From NCBI GenBank assembly GCA_963827235.1, contig CAWHAE010000009.1:1216001-1280000 (forward strand): a DNA stretch of 64,000 nucleotides, in the 5' to 3' direction. Positions 10,190 through 19,397 of this stretch are shown piece by piece (the stretch's first letter is position 1; each line of letters starts with the position of its first letter). The notes under the pieces are model-generated. The model searched no databases. It was not told the origin of the DNA and saw only the letters and a list, made by a program, of their open reading frames with translations. This stretch comes from an uncultured bacterium (GTDB lineage: Bacteria > Chloroflexota > UBA5177 > JANWHV01). The position numbers were made by a program, and so were the translations under genes.

Positions 10190-10685
10190 TATGGAGACGC
10201 TCACGATGGGATTCGCCACTTACCGGGCAGCATGAGTATCAGTACGCCGTGATCATGGCGGGAGCGACCCTCGCCTTTGCTCCTCTCGTGATCGCGTTTC
10301 TAAGGCATGGGCAGGGAGGAGTGGGCGTTCTTCTCGCAGCATCCCTTCACACCGGAGCTTTGGGGAGTGAACTACTATCCGGAGATCTCGGTCCACAGCC
10401 TGGAGCGAGATAGTGGACGCTTGCGGAGCCGCAGTGTCGACGGGTGGACGGAAGGCCTCGAGGCAGCACTCTCAGCCAGATACCAGCGGTACGCGGTGCC
10501 GCTGTTCGTCAGCGAGACCAGCATGCACGGCCACGACTCACTTCGCTCGCACACCAGCCCAGACGGCCATGGCAGCTAGCCATCCGGCACACAGTAGCTC
10601 GCCTTCTTCCTCAAGTAGTCGAGGGCCTGCATCGCGCGGCTGAGAGGCGATTGGCCTGTCAGTCGTGTACCTGACCTGGTGGACG
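10190..10685 (+). pseudogene. Decayed remnant of a sugar permease C-terminus followed by GH1 fragments
   Basis: METLTMGFATY / GQHEYQYAVIMAGATLAFAPLVIAFL, then PELWGVNYYPEIS...PLFVSETS and GLSVVYLTWW in shifting frames, resembling the intact genes at 4132-6398. Confidence 0.7.
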
Positions 10686-10694
10686 CGCCTCTTG

Positions 10695-11243
10695 CTAGGC
10701 ATCGTCAGCCTGCAGCCGGCTGCGCAAGAGCGCGATGACGGCCTTACCGTCGCTCTGCACTGACGTCGCGGTACCGTAGCCGCCAAATGCCAGCACTGCG
10801 AACCAGGGCAGTGGCGGGATCAGGCAGACAGGATTGTCGAGCAGCTCGAACTGGAAGCCGTGACCCGAGCCGAAGAACAGGCAGCCCACGAGGATGACTA
10901 CACCTAGTCCGCCGCCCACCATCCACAGCCCAGCCAGACTCTGTGTGAGCGCCGCTGACGGACGCACGATGGCGCGGATGCGTGTCGAGTTTCCGACCCG
11001 CTCTAGCTCGCCGTTCACCCAAGCCTGGGTCCAACTACGTTGCCTATGGTACTTGGAGAGGCTGAACGCGCCATACCCGACCGTCCCCATAAGAGGACAT
11101 GGCGGCTTGATAAGCCTTGCTCGCCAGGAACGCATGTCGGGTTCCGGAGGCAAGCATGTTTCCTGGAGACGGCAGCAGCACTCCTCTACTGTCAGCGGCG
11201 AAGCAAGCTGGTACTCTCTCACCGCGTTCTGGTCGAGCAGCAT
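10695..11243 (-). CDS. Hypothetical membrane protein with two C-terminal TM helices (start uncertain)
   Basis: Natural-looking composition from MLLDQNAVREYQLASPL onward, two hydrophobic segments; the upstream part of the 424-aa ORF looks spurious. Confidence 0.5.
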   Translation of the reverse strand: MLLDQNAVREYQLASPLTVEECCCRLQETCLPPEPDMRSWRARLIKPPCPLMGTVGYGAFSLSKYHRQRSWTQAWVNGELERVGNSTRIRAIVRPSAALTQSLAGLWMVGGGLGVVILVGCLFFGSGHGFQFELLDNPVCLIPPLPWFAVLAFGGYGTATSVQSDGKAVIALLRSRLQADDA

Positions 11244-11799
11244 CTGCGCAAGTCTTTGCGCGCCTCGTACTAAGCCCATAATCAAGCCGACTCCGGCCTT
11301 CAATGCGACGTGATGAACGCTCTTAACCGACATGGTACAGTCCGAGCGCGCGGCGCAGCCATGGCGGCGAGGGCAGTCCCTGGCATCTGCTACGAACACC
11401 GCTTCCGGCATATACGCCGTGTAACCTCGGAAAACCAGCAAACTCAAACTGAGAACGGCCGGCGGGCTCGGGACGCGCGACAGGCACATCACCCAAACGA
11501 CACCTGCGTGTCGCCCGCGCACGCAGTGTACGGCCCTCGACCGCGCCCGCGGACCGCGCGACCTGTTGCGCGGAATAAGCGGGACAGAAAGGTGACGTTT
11601 AAGCGGTCCTGTATATCCAGCCTCTCCGGGCGCGTTGACGCGTACTGCGCGCTCGCCTACACTGCCACTTGTCCTTTCCGATGCGAGAGGACGATACCCA
11701 ACATTGCCTACCGGCGGCACTGCCCCTGCTAAGTGCCGCCGTGATTTTGCTGCGTTCGTCGCCCGCCAGGGCAGAGAACGCGGCTGGGAGGAAGTTGCT

Positions 11800-13572
11800 T
11801 TGTCGTTCGTTCGCAGCGTCACGACGTCGCTGACGCCGTTTCTGATCGTGCTCCTGCTCGTGTGCGCCGCATGGCCCGGTCTGGGAACGGCGCACGCGGA
11901 GGCACCTGCACGGCCGCCGGCAGCCGTGCCCGGCCACCCGGCTGGTGCCAGGTCTGCCCAACCGTCCACGGCGGTGTCTGCTCACCCGTTCACGGCGGCG
12001 CCCGCGGCAGCGCGCGGCGGCACGCTGGTGGAAGGGATTCAGGAAGATCCCGATCACCTCCTGCCGAACTTCAGCGGCCGCTACTATACGCTCCTCGTCC
12101 AGCAGACGCTATTCGCGCCCCTGTTCTACTCGGACGACAAGGGAGTGATTCACCCCGGACTGGCTAGCGTGGTGCCGACTCGCGCCAACGGGGGAATCTC
12201 GGCAGACGGCAGAACCTACACGTTCCACCTGCGGCCCGGTCTGCGCTGGTCGGATGGCGCGCCGCTCACCGCACGCGACGTGGACTTCTCGTGGCGTCTG
12301 TGGACCAACAGCAAGGTCACGCCGCCGCCGTTTTCCACCCTCGGGCTCGACCGGATCGGCGGTACCGCGATCAGCCCCGACGGCCTGAGCATCACCTTCC
12401 TGCTCGTGCAGCCGTACACTCCCTTCGTGACCGACTGGACGGACGCTTTGCAGCCCTTGCCCCGGCACATTCTGGGCAAGATCGCGCCCTCGTCTCTGGC
12501 CGCCAGTACCGCCGCCACGCTTCCGAAGGTCGGTAGCGGGCCGTTCATGTTGCGCGACTACCGCAAGGGCGATCGCCTGGTCGTGATCAGAAATCCGCGC
12601 TATTACCAGGCCGCGGCCGGCCTGCCTTACCTCTCATCCATCGTGTTCCGCGTGGTCCCGCAGCCGAGCCAGGTGGTGCAGGCTCTGCACGCTCGCACCA
12701 TCGACGCCGCGTGGCTGCTCCCGATCACCGACCTGGGCAGGCTCCAGCGTATGGCCGAGGTCTCGGTGCTGCCGCTGCCGGCTGCCAACTGGGAGGCGGC
12801 GCTGATCAACGTGCGGCGGTCGCTGTTCAAGGACGTGCGCGTGCGCCGGGCCCTGGAGTACGGACTGAACCGCGCCGCCGAGCGCAGCACGGCCTGGCAC
12901 GGCCTCGCCTCTCTGCTGGCAAGCGATCAGCCGCCCGTGTCGAGCGCCTATGCCGCGGACATCGCCCCCTACCCATACGACCCCGCCAAGGCCGGCGCCT
13001 TGCTCGACGCCGCCGGCTGGCACATGGGCGCCGATGGCTTGCGTCACAAGGGCCGCCAGACCCTTGACTTCGTCTATTCCTCCACGCTCAACAACCCGTG
13101 GCGGCAGCAGGACGAGGCGCAGGCCCTGGCCGACTACGAGCGACTGGGCATCCAGCTCGTGATCAAGAACTACCCGCCGGGCGAGTTCCTGAGCCACCTG
13201 GAGCACGGTCAGTTCGACGTGGCGGAGTTCGCGTTCGACAATGCGCTGGATCCGAGCGACATCTCCTCGTTCGGCACCCACTTCGTCTATCCGTACGGCA
13301 CGAACTACGGCGGCTACAGCAACCAGGAGTTCGATCGGCTCGCCGTGCAGGAGATGACCACCGTCGACCCGGCGCGGCGAGCTGCCCTGTTCCACCAGGC
13401 ACAGAAGCTGCTGCACGACGACGTTCCGGCCCTGTGGCTCTACAGCCCGGACAACCTGGCCGCCATTTCCAACCGCGTGCACAACTACTCGCCCGCGCCC
13501 TTCAGCCTGGATACCTGGAATTGCTGGCAATGGTGGATCGCTCCCGCCGCGGCGTCGCGCGGCGGGGCGTGA
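11800..13572 (+). CDS. Peptide/nickel ABC substrate-binding protein (family 5)
   Basis: YTFHLRPGLRWSDGAPLTARDVDFSW, GSGPF, DVRVRRAL, YDPAKAGALLDAAGW; GGGAGG before TTG 11800. Confidence 0.88.
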   Translation: MSFVRSVTTSLTPFLIVLLLVCAAWPGLGTAHAEAPARPPAAVPGHPAGARSAQPSTAVSAHPFTAAPAAARGGTLVEGIQEDPDHLLPNFSGRYYTLLVQQTLFAPLFYSDDKGVIHPGLASVVPTRANGGISADGRTYTFHLRPGLRWSDGAPLTARDVDFSWRLWTNSKVTPPPFSTLGLDRIGGTAISPDGLSITFLLVQPYTPFVTDWTDALQPLPRHILGKIAPSSLAASTAATLPKVGSGPFMLRDYRKGDRLVVIRNPRYYQAAAGLPYLSSIVFRVVPQPSQVVQALHARTIDAAWLLPITDLGRLQRMAEVSVLPLPAANWEAALINVRRSLFKDVRVRRALEYGLNRAAERSTAWHGLASLLASDQPPVSSAYAADIAPYPYDPAKAGALLDAAGWHMGADGLRHKGRQTLDFVYSSTLNNPWRQQDEAQALADYERLGIQLVIKNYPPGEFLSHLEHGQFDVAEFAFDNALDPSDISSFGTHFVYPYGTNYGGYSNQEFDRLAVQEMTTVDPARRAALFHQAQKLLHDDVPALWLYSPDNLAAISNRVHNYSPAPFSLDTWNCWQWWIAPAAASRGGA

Positions 13573-13717
13573 TTGATCGCCGAGCTGCACGTACTTGCCG
13601 CGAAGCTGCTACTGATAGGTAGGGCAAGCCTAGCCGATCGCGCGGGTCGCGGCGGCATGGTTCTGCCGCATACTGGAATGACAGCGTTCAGCGAGGTTTT
13701 GTATCGTGCAGCCCGGC

Positions 13718-15613
13718 ATGTCCCATCGCGCATCGCACGATGGGTTTCATCTCCCGCCTCCCAAGTCCAGGTCGCAAGCGACCGGGTCGCCGTCCGGCCG
13801 CTGGGATACCGCGAAGCGGACCATTCGCGGTACCGCCAGCGGTGTCCCGCGAGTGCTCAGTTTGGTCTGGCGGGCAGATCGGAAGCTGACGCTGATGATG
13901 GCGGTAATGACCGTCGCTCAGGCCGCGGTGCCGGTGTCGCAAGTGTACCTGGCGAAGCTGCTGATCGATGCCGTGGTCACTGCGATCCGCCACAGCGGCG
14001 GCACGGTGAATGCCAGGCCGATCGTCATCCTGGCGCTCCTGCAGCTCGTGGTGGCGGCAGCCAGCAGCCTTTTCACCACGCTCGCCAACATCAGCCAGCA
14101 GCTGCTGCAGGAGCGCGTGTCGCTCGGCGTGCAGCTCCAGGTGATGGAGCAAGCCGGCCGGCTCGACCTGGGCTTCTTCGAGGACGCGAAGTCCTACGAC
14201 CTGCTGCAGCAGGCACAGCAGGAGGCGGCGTCGCGGCCCGTGCAGATGGTGTCCGGCACGTTCGGACTGGTACGCACGGCCCTGACCTTCGTCTCCATGC
14301 TCGGCCTGCTGATTCAGCTCGAGTGGTTTCTGGCCCTGATCGCCCTGCTGGCGCCGGTGCCGGCCTTCGTCTCCAACTCGCGGTACGGCTGGATGGGATA
14401 CATGATGATGCGGCGCCAGTCGCCGGAGCGCCGCCGCATGAACTACCTCACCACTCTGGTTACCACCGACACGTACAGCAAAGAGATCTCGGTATTCACC
14501 CTGGCGGACTTCTTCACCGGGCGATTCAGGGCGATCGCGGATTCGTACTACGAGGAACAGCGGCGGCTGGTCGTTCGCCGCTACCTGGCCGGCTTTGCCT
14601 GGGGCTCGCTGACTATCATCGTAAGCAGCGGCACGTATCTGTACGTTGCTCTGCTGGCCGTGCACGGTAAGGTGACGCTCGGCGACCTCACCCTGTTTAC
14701 CGGTGCCGCAACGTCCGTGCAATCGAACTTTCAGAGCCTGCTGAGCAGTCTCTCCTCCATGTACGAGAACAACCTCTACCTGAACACGTTGTTTGACCTG
14801 CTCAAGATAGAGCCGCAGGTACACAGGCCGGAGAGCCCGGTGCCCGTGCGCAGACCGTTCGTGCAGGGCATCGAATTCCGGCACGTCAGCTACCGCTACA
14901 AGGGTGCCGAACAACCGGCGCTCAGCGACATCAGCTTCACGATCAACCCCGGCGAGACCGTGGCCGTCGTCGGCCGCAACGGTGCCGGCAAGACGACGCT
15001 CGTCAAGCTCGTGGCGCGACTCTACGATCCGGAGGAGGGCCAGGTGCTGATCGACGGGCAAGACGTGCGCGACTACGATCCGGACGACCTGCGTTCCGAG
15101 ATCGGCGTCATCTTCCAGGACTACGCGACCTACTATCTCAGCGCGCGCGAGAATATCGGCGTGGGGCGGCTGGAGCGCATCGACGACCTTGCCGCAGTGC
15201 GCGACGCTGCCGAGCACGGCGGGGCAACCTCGCTGATCGAACGCCTGCCCGAGGGCTATGAGTCGCTGTTGGGCCGATGGTTCGACCAGGGGCACCAGCT
15301 GTCCGGCGGCGAGTGGCAGAAGGTGGCGCTCTCTCGCGCCTTCATGCGCGAGGCGCAGATCTTGATCCTGGACGAGCCGACGGCGGCGCTCGACGCGAAG
15401 GCCGAGTACGACCTGTTCGCCCGGCTGCGCGAGCTGACCAAGGGGCGCACCGCGATCTACATCTCGCACCGTTTCTCCACCGTGCGTATGGCCGACCGTA
15501 TTCTGGTGATCGAACACGGCCGCCTGGTGGAGCAGGGTAGCCACGAGGAGCTGATGCGTCTCAACGGGCGTTACGCCGAGCTGTTCACTCTGCAGGCCGC
15601 AGCTTATCGATAA
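13718..15613 (+). CDS. ABC exporter, fused permease/ATPase
   Basis: TM domain, Walker A GRNGAGKT, LSGGEWQK signature, ILDEPT Walker B, ISHRFST. Confidence 0.93.
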   Translation: MSHRASHDGFHLPPPKSRSQATGSPSGRWDTAKRTIRGTASGVPRVLSLVWRADRKLTLMMAVMTVAQAAVPVSQVYLAKLLIDAVVTAIRHSGGTVNARPIVILALLQLVVAAASSLFTTLANISQQLLQERVSLGVQLQVMEQAGRLDLGFFEDAKSYDLLQQAQQEAASRPVQMVSGTFGLVRTALTFVSMLGLLIQLEWFLALIALLAPVPAFVSNSRYGWMGYMMMRRQSPERRRMNYLTTLVTTDTYSKEISVFTLADFFTGRFRAIADSYYEEQRRLVVRRYLAGFAWGSLTIIVSSGTYLYVALLAVHGKVTLGDLTLFTGAATSVQSNFQSLLSSLSSMYENNLYLNTLFDLLKIEPQVHRPESPVPVRRPFVQGIEFRHVSYRYKGAEQPALSDISFTINPGETVAVVGRNGAGKTTLVKLVARLYDPEEGQVLIDGQDVRDYDPDDLRSEIGVIFQDYATYYLSARENIGVGRLERIDDLAAVRDAAEHGGATSLIERLPEGYESLLGRWFDQGHQLSGGEWQKVALSRAFMREAQILILDEPTAALDAKAEYDLFARLRELTKGRTAIYISHRFSTVRMADRILVIEHGRLVEQGSHEELMRLNGRYAELFTLQAAAYR

Positions 15614-15817
15614 GCCGGAAATGGCGCCGTTGGACGACTGAGCGCCTGGATGGTACACCGTTCTTGGCGGCAGTGCTTCGTTGCCGTGGGGTGAAGCGGT
15701 CCGTCCCGTAGTGGTGGAGTCTGAGACCGTGGGTCTTCGAGGCGGCAGTTACGCGCTTCTCGCGTGCTGTTCCGGCCGGCTACAGGCCGGCGTGTTCGAG
15801 CGCCGGACGTGGCTGCC

Positions 15818-16783
15818 ATGACGATGGCAGCCGTGCCGATCGGCGCCGGCCCACACGCGGATCTGGCGCGCGTGGAGTTCGAGCTGGCCGAGATCGGCCA
15901 GGACGCGGGGCCCCTGCTGAGGGCCGCGATCGCGCACCACCTCTCGGCCGGCGGCAAGCGGCTTCGCCCGCGCATGGCCATGCTGGCAGGGGGCCTGATC
16001 GGCGGCGAGGTGGCCGATCGCCTGGTGCGGTTTGCCGCGGTGACCGAGCTGGTACACGCGGCGTCGCTGGTGCACGACGATACCCTGGACGACGCGGCAA
16101 CCCGCCGGGGCGTCGAGACCGTGCGTTCGCGCTGGGGGAGTCACATTGCCGTGCTGGTCGGCGATTATCTCTTTGCTCAGGCGGCGATCCACACGGCGAA
16201 TCTGGGCAGCCTGCGGCTGATGGCGCTCCTGGCGGAGACCATCCAGTCACTGGTGCAAGGCGAGCTTGCCCAGATGAGCGCCGCCTACCGCATTGAAGCC
16301 AGCGCGGAGAACTACGAATCGCGCATCGCCGCCAAGTCCGCGAGCCTGTTCGTTTTGGCCGCCGAGGGCGGCGCGGAGTGCGGTGGGGCGACCGGCAGCC
16401 AGGCCCTGGCCATGCGCGACTACGCGCACAATCTGGGCCTGGCGTTTCAGATTGCCGACGACGTACTGGACTACACGGCCACCACGGAAGAGCTGGGCAA
16501 GCCGGCAGGCAGCGACCTGAAGAACGGCGTGGTGACGCTGCCGGCCCTCTACTACCTGGAGCCGCTGCCGCCCGAAGCGTGGGAGCGACGCCTCGTAGAA
16601 GAGGGCGGCGACGTGTCGCCCGTCGTCGCCGCCATCCAGGCGTCGACGGCGCCTGCGCGCGCGCTGTCTCACGCTCACCGGCTCGCGGAGCGGGCAGCCG
16701 CCGCGCTCGACGTCTTTCCGCCCTCCGCCGAGCGGTCGGGTCTGCTCAACCTGGCTGCCGCCGCCGTGAGCCGGCGAGCATAG
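15818..16783 (+). CDS. Polyprenyl diphosphate synthase (long-chain type)
   Basis: GGKRLRP, FARM VHDDTLDD preceded by small residues (AAS), SARM FQIADDVLD, GKPAGSDL. Confidence 0.92.
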   Translation: MTMAAVPIGAGPHADLARVEFELAEIGQDAGPLLRAAIAHHLSAGGKRLRPRMAMLAGGLIGGEVADRLVRFAAVTELVHAASLVHDDTLDDAATRRGVETVRSRWGSHIAVLVGDYLFAQAAIHTANLGSLRLMALLAETIQSLVQGELAQMSAAYRIEASAENYESRIAAKSASLFVLAAEGGAECGGATGSQALAMRDYAHNLGLAFQIADDVLDYTATTEELGKPAGSDLKNGVVTLPALYYLEPLPPEAWERRLVEEGGDVSPVVAAIQASTAPARALSHAHRLAERAAAALDVFPPSAERSGLLNLAAAAVSRRA

Positions 16784-17032
16784 CTCGAGACGAGCCGCCG
16801 GACCGGGGTGCGGCCGCGCCACTTGGCCCAGGCCCGCGAGCAAGAGTCAGGCACTACCTCAGCACGCACTCTATGCCCTTCGGACAAAGTGATGGCGCGC
16901 CCGGAAGCCGGCCCTTAGTCAGGCCAAGGTGGAGCCCGCAGGGGCGGAGTGAGCTCCGCGCTTGGCGGGCCCTGAGGCTCCCCAGGATGGATCGTGGGTC
17001 ATCCTATGGGGGGTTCCCAGCGTGGCTTGCCT

Positions 17033-17641
17033 TTAGAACGGCATGCCGGCTTCGACAAAGGCGAGATTGGCGTCGAACTGCTCCCACACGTCGACGGTTG
17101 CGTCTTCGATCGCGGAGGTGAACGTGGCAAGAGATACGCCCATCAGCACCCCGGCAAACGTGCGCACCCGGTAATCGTCCGGAGCGCAGTCAACGCGCTC
17201 CGCCAGGGCCTCCGCCACGAGCTGCATGCTGCGGACGAGCTCGTCGAGCATGGCCGCTCGCAGCTCGGGCACCGCGCGAGCCAGCGCCTGGCGCTCCCAG
17301 AGCTCTGCCATGTCCGCAGCGGAAAGCTGCTTGAACACCGCCTGGAAGGCCCGCCTGACGACCTGAAGCGGGGTAAGCTCGGCAGGCTGCTGCCGGACGA
17401 CCTCTTCGATCATGGCGTCGTAGAGATCCCGTACTACCACGTCCTCTTTGGTGGGGAAGTAGCGGAAGAACGTGCTGGGCGAAACCTCGGCGGCCTCGGC
17501 GATCTGCTCTACCGTGGTCTCGTTGTACCCCTGCTCGCGGAAGAGGCGCAGGGCCTGCTGCTGGATGGTGGTGAAGGTCCTGGCCCTCTTCCGCTCGCGC
17601 AGGCTGCGCGCCGGTTTGTCCGCCTTAGGCAACGATTTCAT
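17033..17641 (-). CDS. TetR-family regulator
   Basis: LRERKRART...LFREQGYNETTVEQIAEAAEVSPSTFFRYFPTKED. Confidence 0.95.
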   Translation of the reverse strand: MKSLPKADKPARSLRERKRARTFTTIQQQALRLFREQGYNETTVEQIAEAAEVSPSTFFRYFPTKEDVVVRDLYDAMIEEVVRQQPAELTPLQVVRRAFQAVFKQLSAADMAELWERQALARAVPELRAAMLDELVRSMQLVAEALAERVDCAPDDYRVRTFAGVLMGVSLATFTSAIEDATVDVWEQFDANLAFVEAGMPF

Positions 17642-19175
17642 GTTCCAATTCTACCTGCTTGGCGCGATCGCCCGAGGGTGCCACGCCGCGGCGCGGCAGG
17701 AAGGCGAGCGCCAGCACCACGCCGACTACGCCGACCCCGGCGCAGACCACGAGCAGCTCATCCATGCCGTGCACGTAGGCGGATTGCACCGAGCGCAGCA
17801 GATCGCCCGATCCGAGCCGGCGCGCCACGGCAACCCCGGCCGATACGCTGTCGCGAGCGGTGCTCGCCAGTCCGGCCGGCAGCCTGGAGACGTCGAGCTT
17901 CGCGCGATAGGTGGTGTTGAGAATGGTGCCGAGTATGGCCACGCCGATCGTGGCGCCCACCTGGCGCATGGCCATGATCAGGGCGGAGCCGGCGCCACTG
18001 CGCTCCGCGGAGAGCACGCTCATCGCCGCATCCATGGTAGCCGGCAGTGCGAAGCCCATCCCCATGCCGACGACGAAGATCCACACCACGACGAAGCCAT
18101 AGCCGGACTCCACGGTGGTGGCGGCACCCAGCCCCAGGCCAAGGGCGAGAAGCGAGAAGCCTGCCGCGGCGGTGAGCTTGGCACCGAGGCGCGGAGCCAG
18201 CCTGTCGGCCGACTGAGAGCCGACGAGCAGTCCCGCGATAATCGGAATGAGCCGTATGCCGGTGCCTAGGGCATCGGAGCCGGTCACCGCCTGGAAGAAC
18301 TGCGGCCCGGCAAAGAGCACGCCGAACATGGCAAACGACACCGCCGTGGCCAGCAGCGTGCCCCAGGTGAAGTTTGCCGAGCGAAAGAGGGTAAGGTCGA
18401 CCAGCGGCCGGCCGGCCCTGACCGCTGAGACGTGCCGCTCCCAGAGCACGAACGCGGCAAGCACGCAGGCCCCACCGGCCAGAGCCGCCACGGTCCCGGG
18501 ATCGCCCCAGCCCTTTTCGCCGGCCTCGATGCAGCCATAAGTCACGGCCGCCAGTCCCACGCAGGAAGCGAGCATGCCTCCGACGTCGAGATGGGGCCGC
18601 TCGGCGCTGCGCGATTCCGGCAGGAGCACAAGCACTGCGGCGAAGCCCAGCAGGGTGATGGGGACGTTGATCAAGAAGACCGAGCCCCACCAATAGTTGC
18701 TGAGCAACCAGCCGCCGAGAATCGGACCAATGGGAAAGCTGAGCGCGTTGGCCGTTATCCAGATGGCAAGGGCCCTGGGCCGCTCCTCCTCCGTGAAGAT
18801 CACCGGCAGGACGGCAAGCGAGAGGGGCATCATGAAGGCCCCGCTGAGTCCGAGCATCGTACGCGCGACGATGAGCGCTCCGGCGGTGGGTGCATACGCG
18901 CAGGCAGCGGAGGATGCGCCGAACGTGAGAAGCGCGGCAAGCAAGAGCCTCTTGCGGCCGAACCGGTCGCCGAGCAGCCCGGCGGGCAGCAGTAGCGCGG
19001 CGAGCGCCAGGCTATAGGCATCGACGAACCACTGTAGTTGCGAGGTGGTGGCGTGGAGCGCCGTCGACAGGGTGGGCAGGGCGATGTTGATGATAGTGGC
19101 GTCAAGTCCGACGGCCAGCATGCTGAGGGCGAGGGCGGCCAGTGCCCACCACTTGCGAGTTCCCAGATCGTTCAT
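17625..19175 (-). CDS. DHA2 (14-TM) MFS efflux permease
   Basis: LDATIINIALP, GLLGDRFGRKR motif A, WGSVFLINVP; overlaps tetR start by 17 nt. Confidence 0.93.
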   Translation of the reverse strand: MNDLGTRKWWALAALALSMLAVGLDATIINIALPTLSTALHATTSQLQWFVDAYSLALAALLLPAGLLGDRFGRKRLLLAALLTFGASSAACAYAPTAGALIVARTMLGLSGAFMMPLSLAVLPVIFTEEERPRALAIWITANALSFPIGPILGGWLLSNYWWGSVFLINVPITLLGFAAVLVLLPESRSAERPHLDVGGMLASCVGLAAVTYGCIEAGEKGWGDPGTVAALAGGACVLAAFVLWERHVSAVRAGRPLVDLTLFRSANFTWGTLLATAVSFAMFGVLFAGPQFFQAVTGSDALGTGIRLIPIIAGLLVGSQSADRLAPRLGAKLTAAAGFSLLALGLGLGAATTVESGYGFVVVWIFVVGMGMGFALPATMDAAMSVLSAERSGAGSALIMAMRQVGATIGVAILGTILNTTYRAKLDVSRLPAGLASTARDSVSAGVAVARRLGSGDLLRSVQSAYVHGMDELLVVCAGVGVVGVVLALAFLPRRGVAPSGDRAKQVELEHEIVA

Positions 19176-19209
19176 GGCAGCTCGTTCCTTTCGGTAGTAA
19201 CCATCTAAT

Positions 19210-19252
19210 AGTAGTTACTACTGAAAGCCTATTGATGTCAATAGGATGTCAA
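19210..19252. promoter_or_regulatory. Putative TetR operator(s) and promoter of the MFS-tetR operon
   Basis: AT-rich island with AGTAGT-T-ACTACT (19210-19222), CCTATTGA-TG-TCAATAGG (19228-19245) and two minus-strand TTGACA hexamers (19236-41, 19247-52). Confidence 0.6.
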
Positions 19253-19397
19253 TAGTACCAAGTCGGTGCGCGCACATGCGATCGCCGGTTGGACGTAGGT
19301 CCGGCCTGGGCGGCGCACCAGCGCTGCACGTGAACGGCAGGGCATCACATGCCGCACGAGCTTGCCGGATGGTCGACGCAGCAAGCGCAGTGTGCGG

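Noticed and set aside
13688-15658. 656-aa minus-strand ORF
   Set aside because: Antisense shadow of the well-supported ABC exporter; common in high-GC DNA
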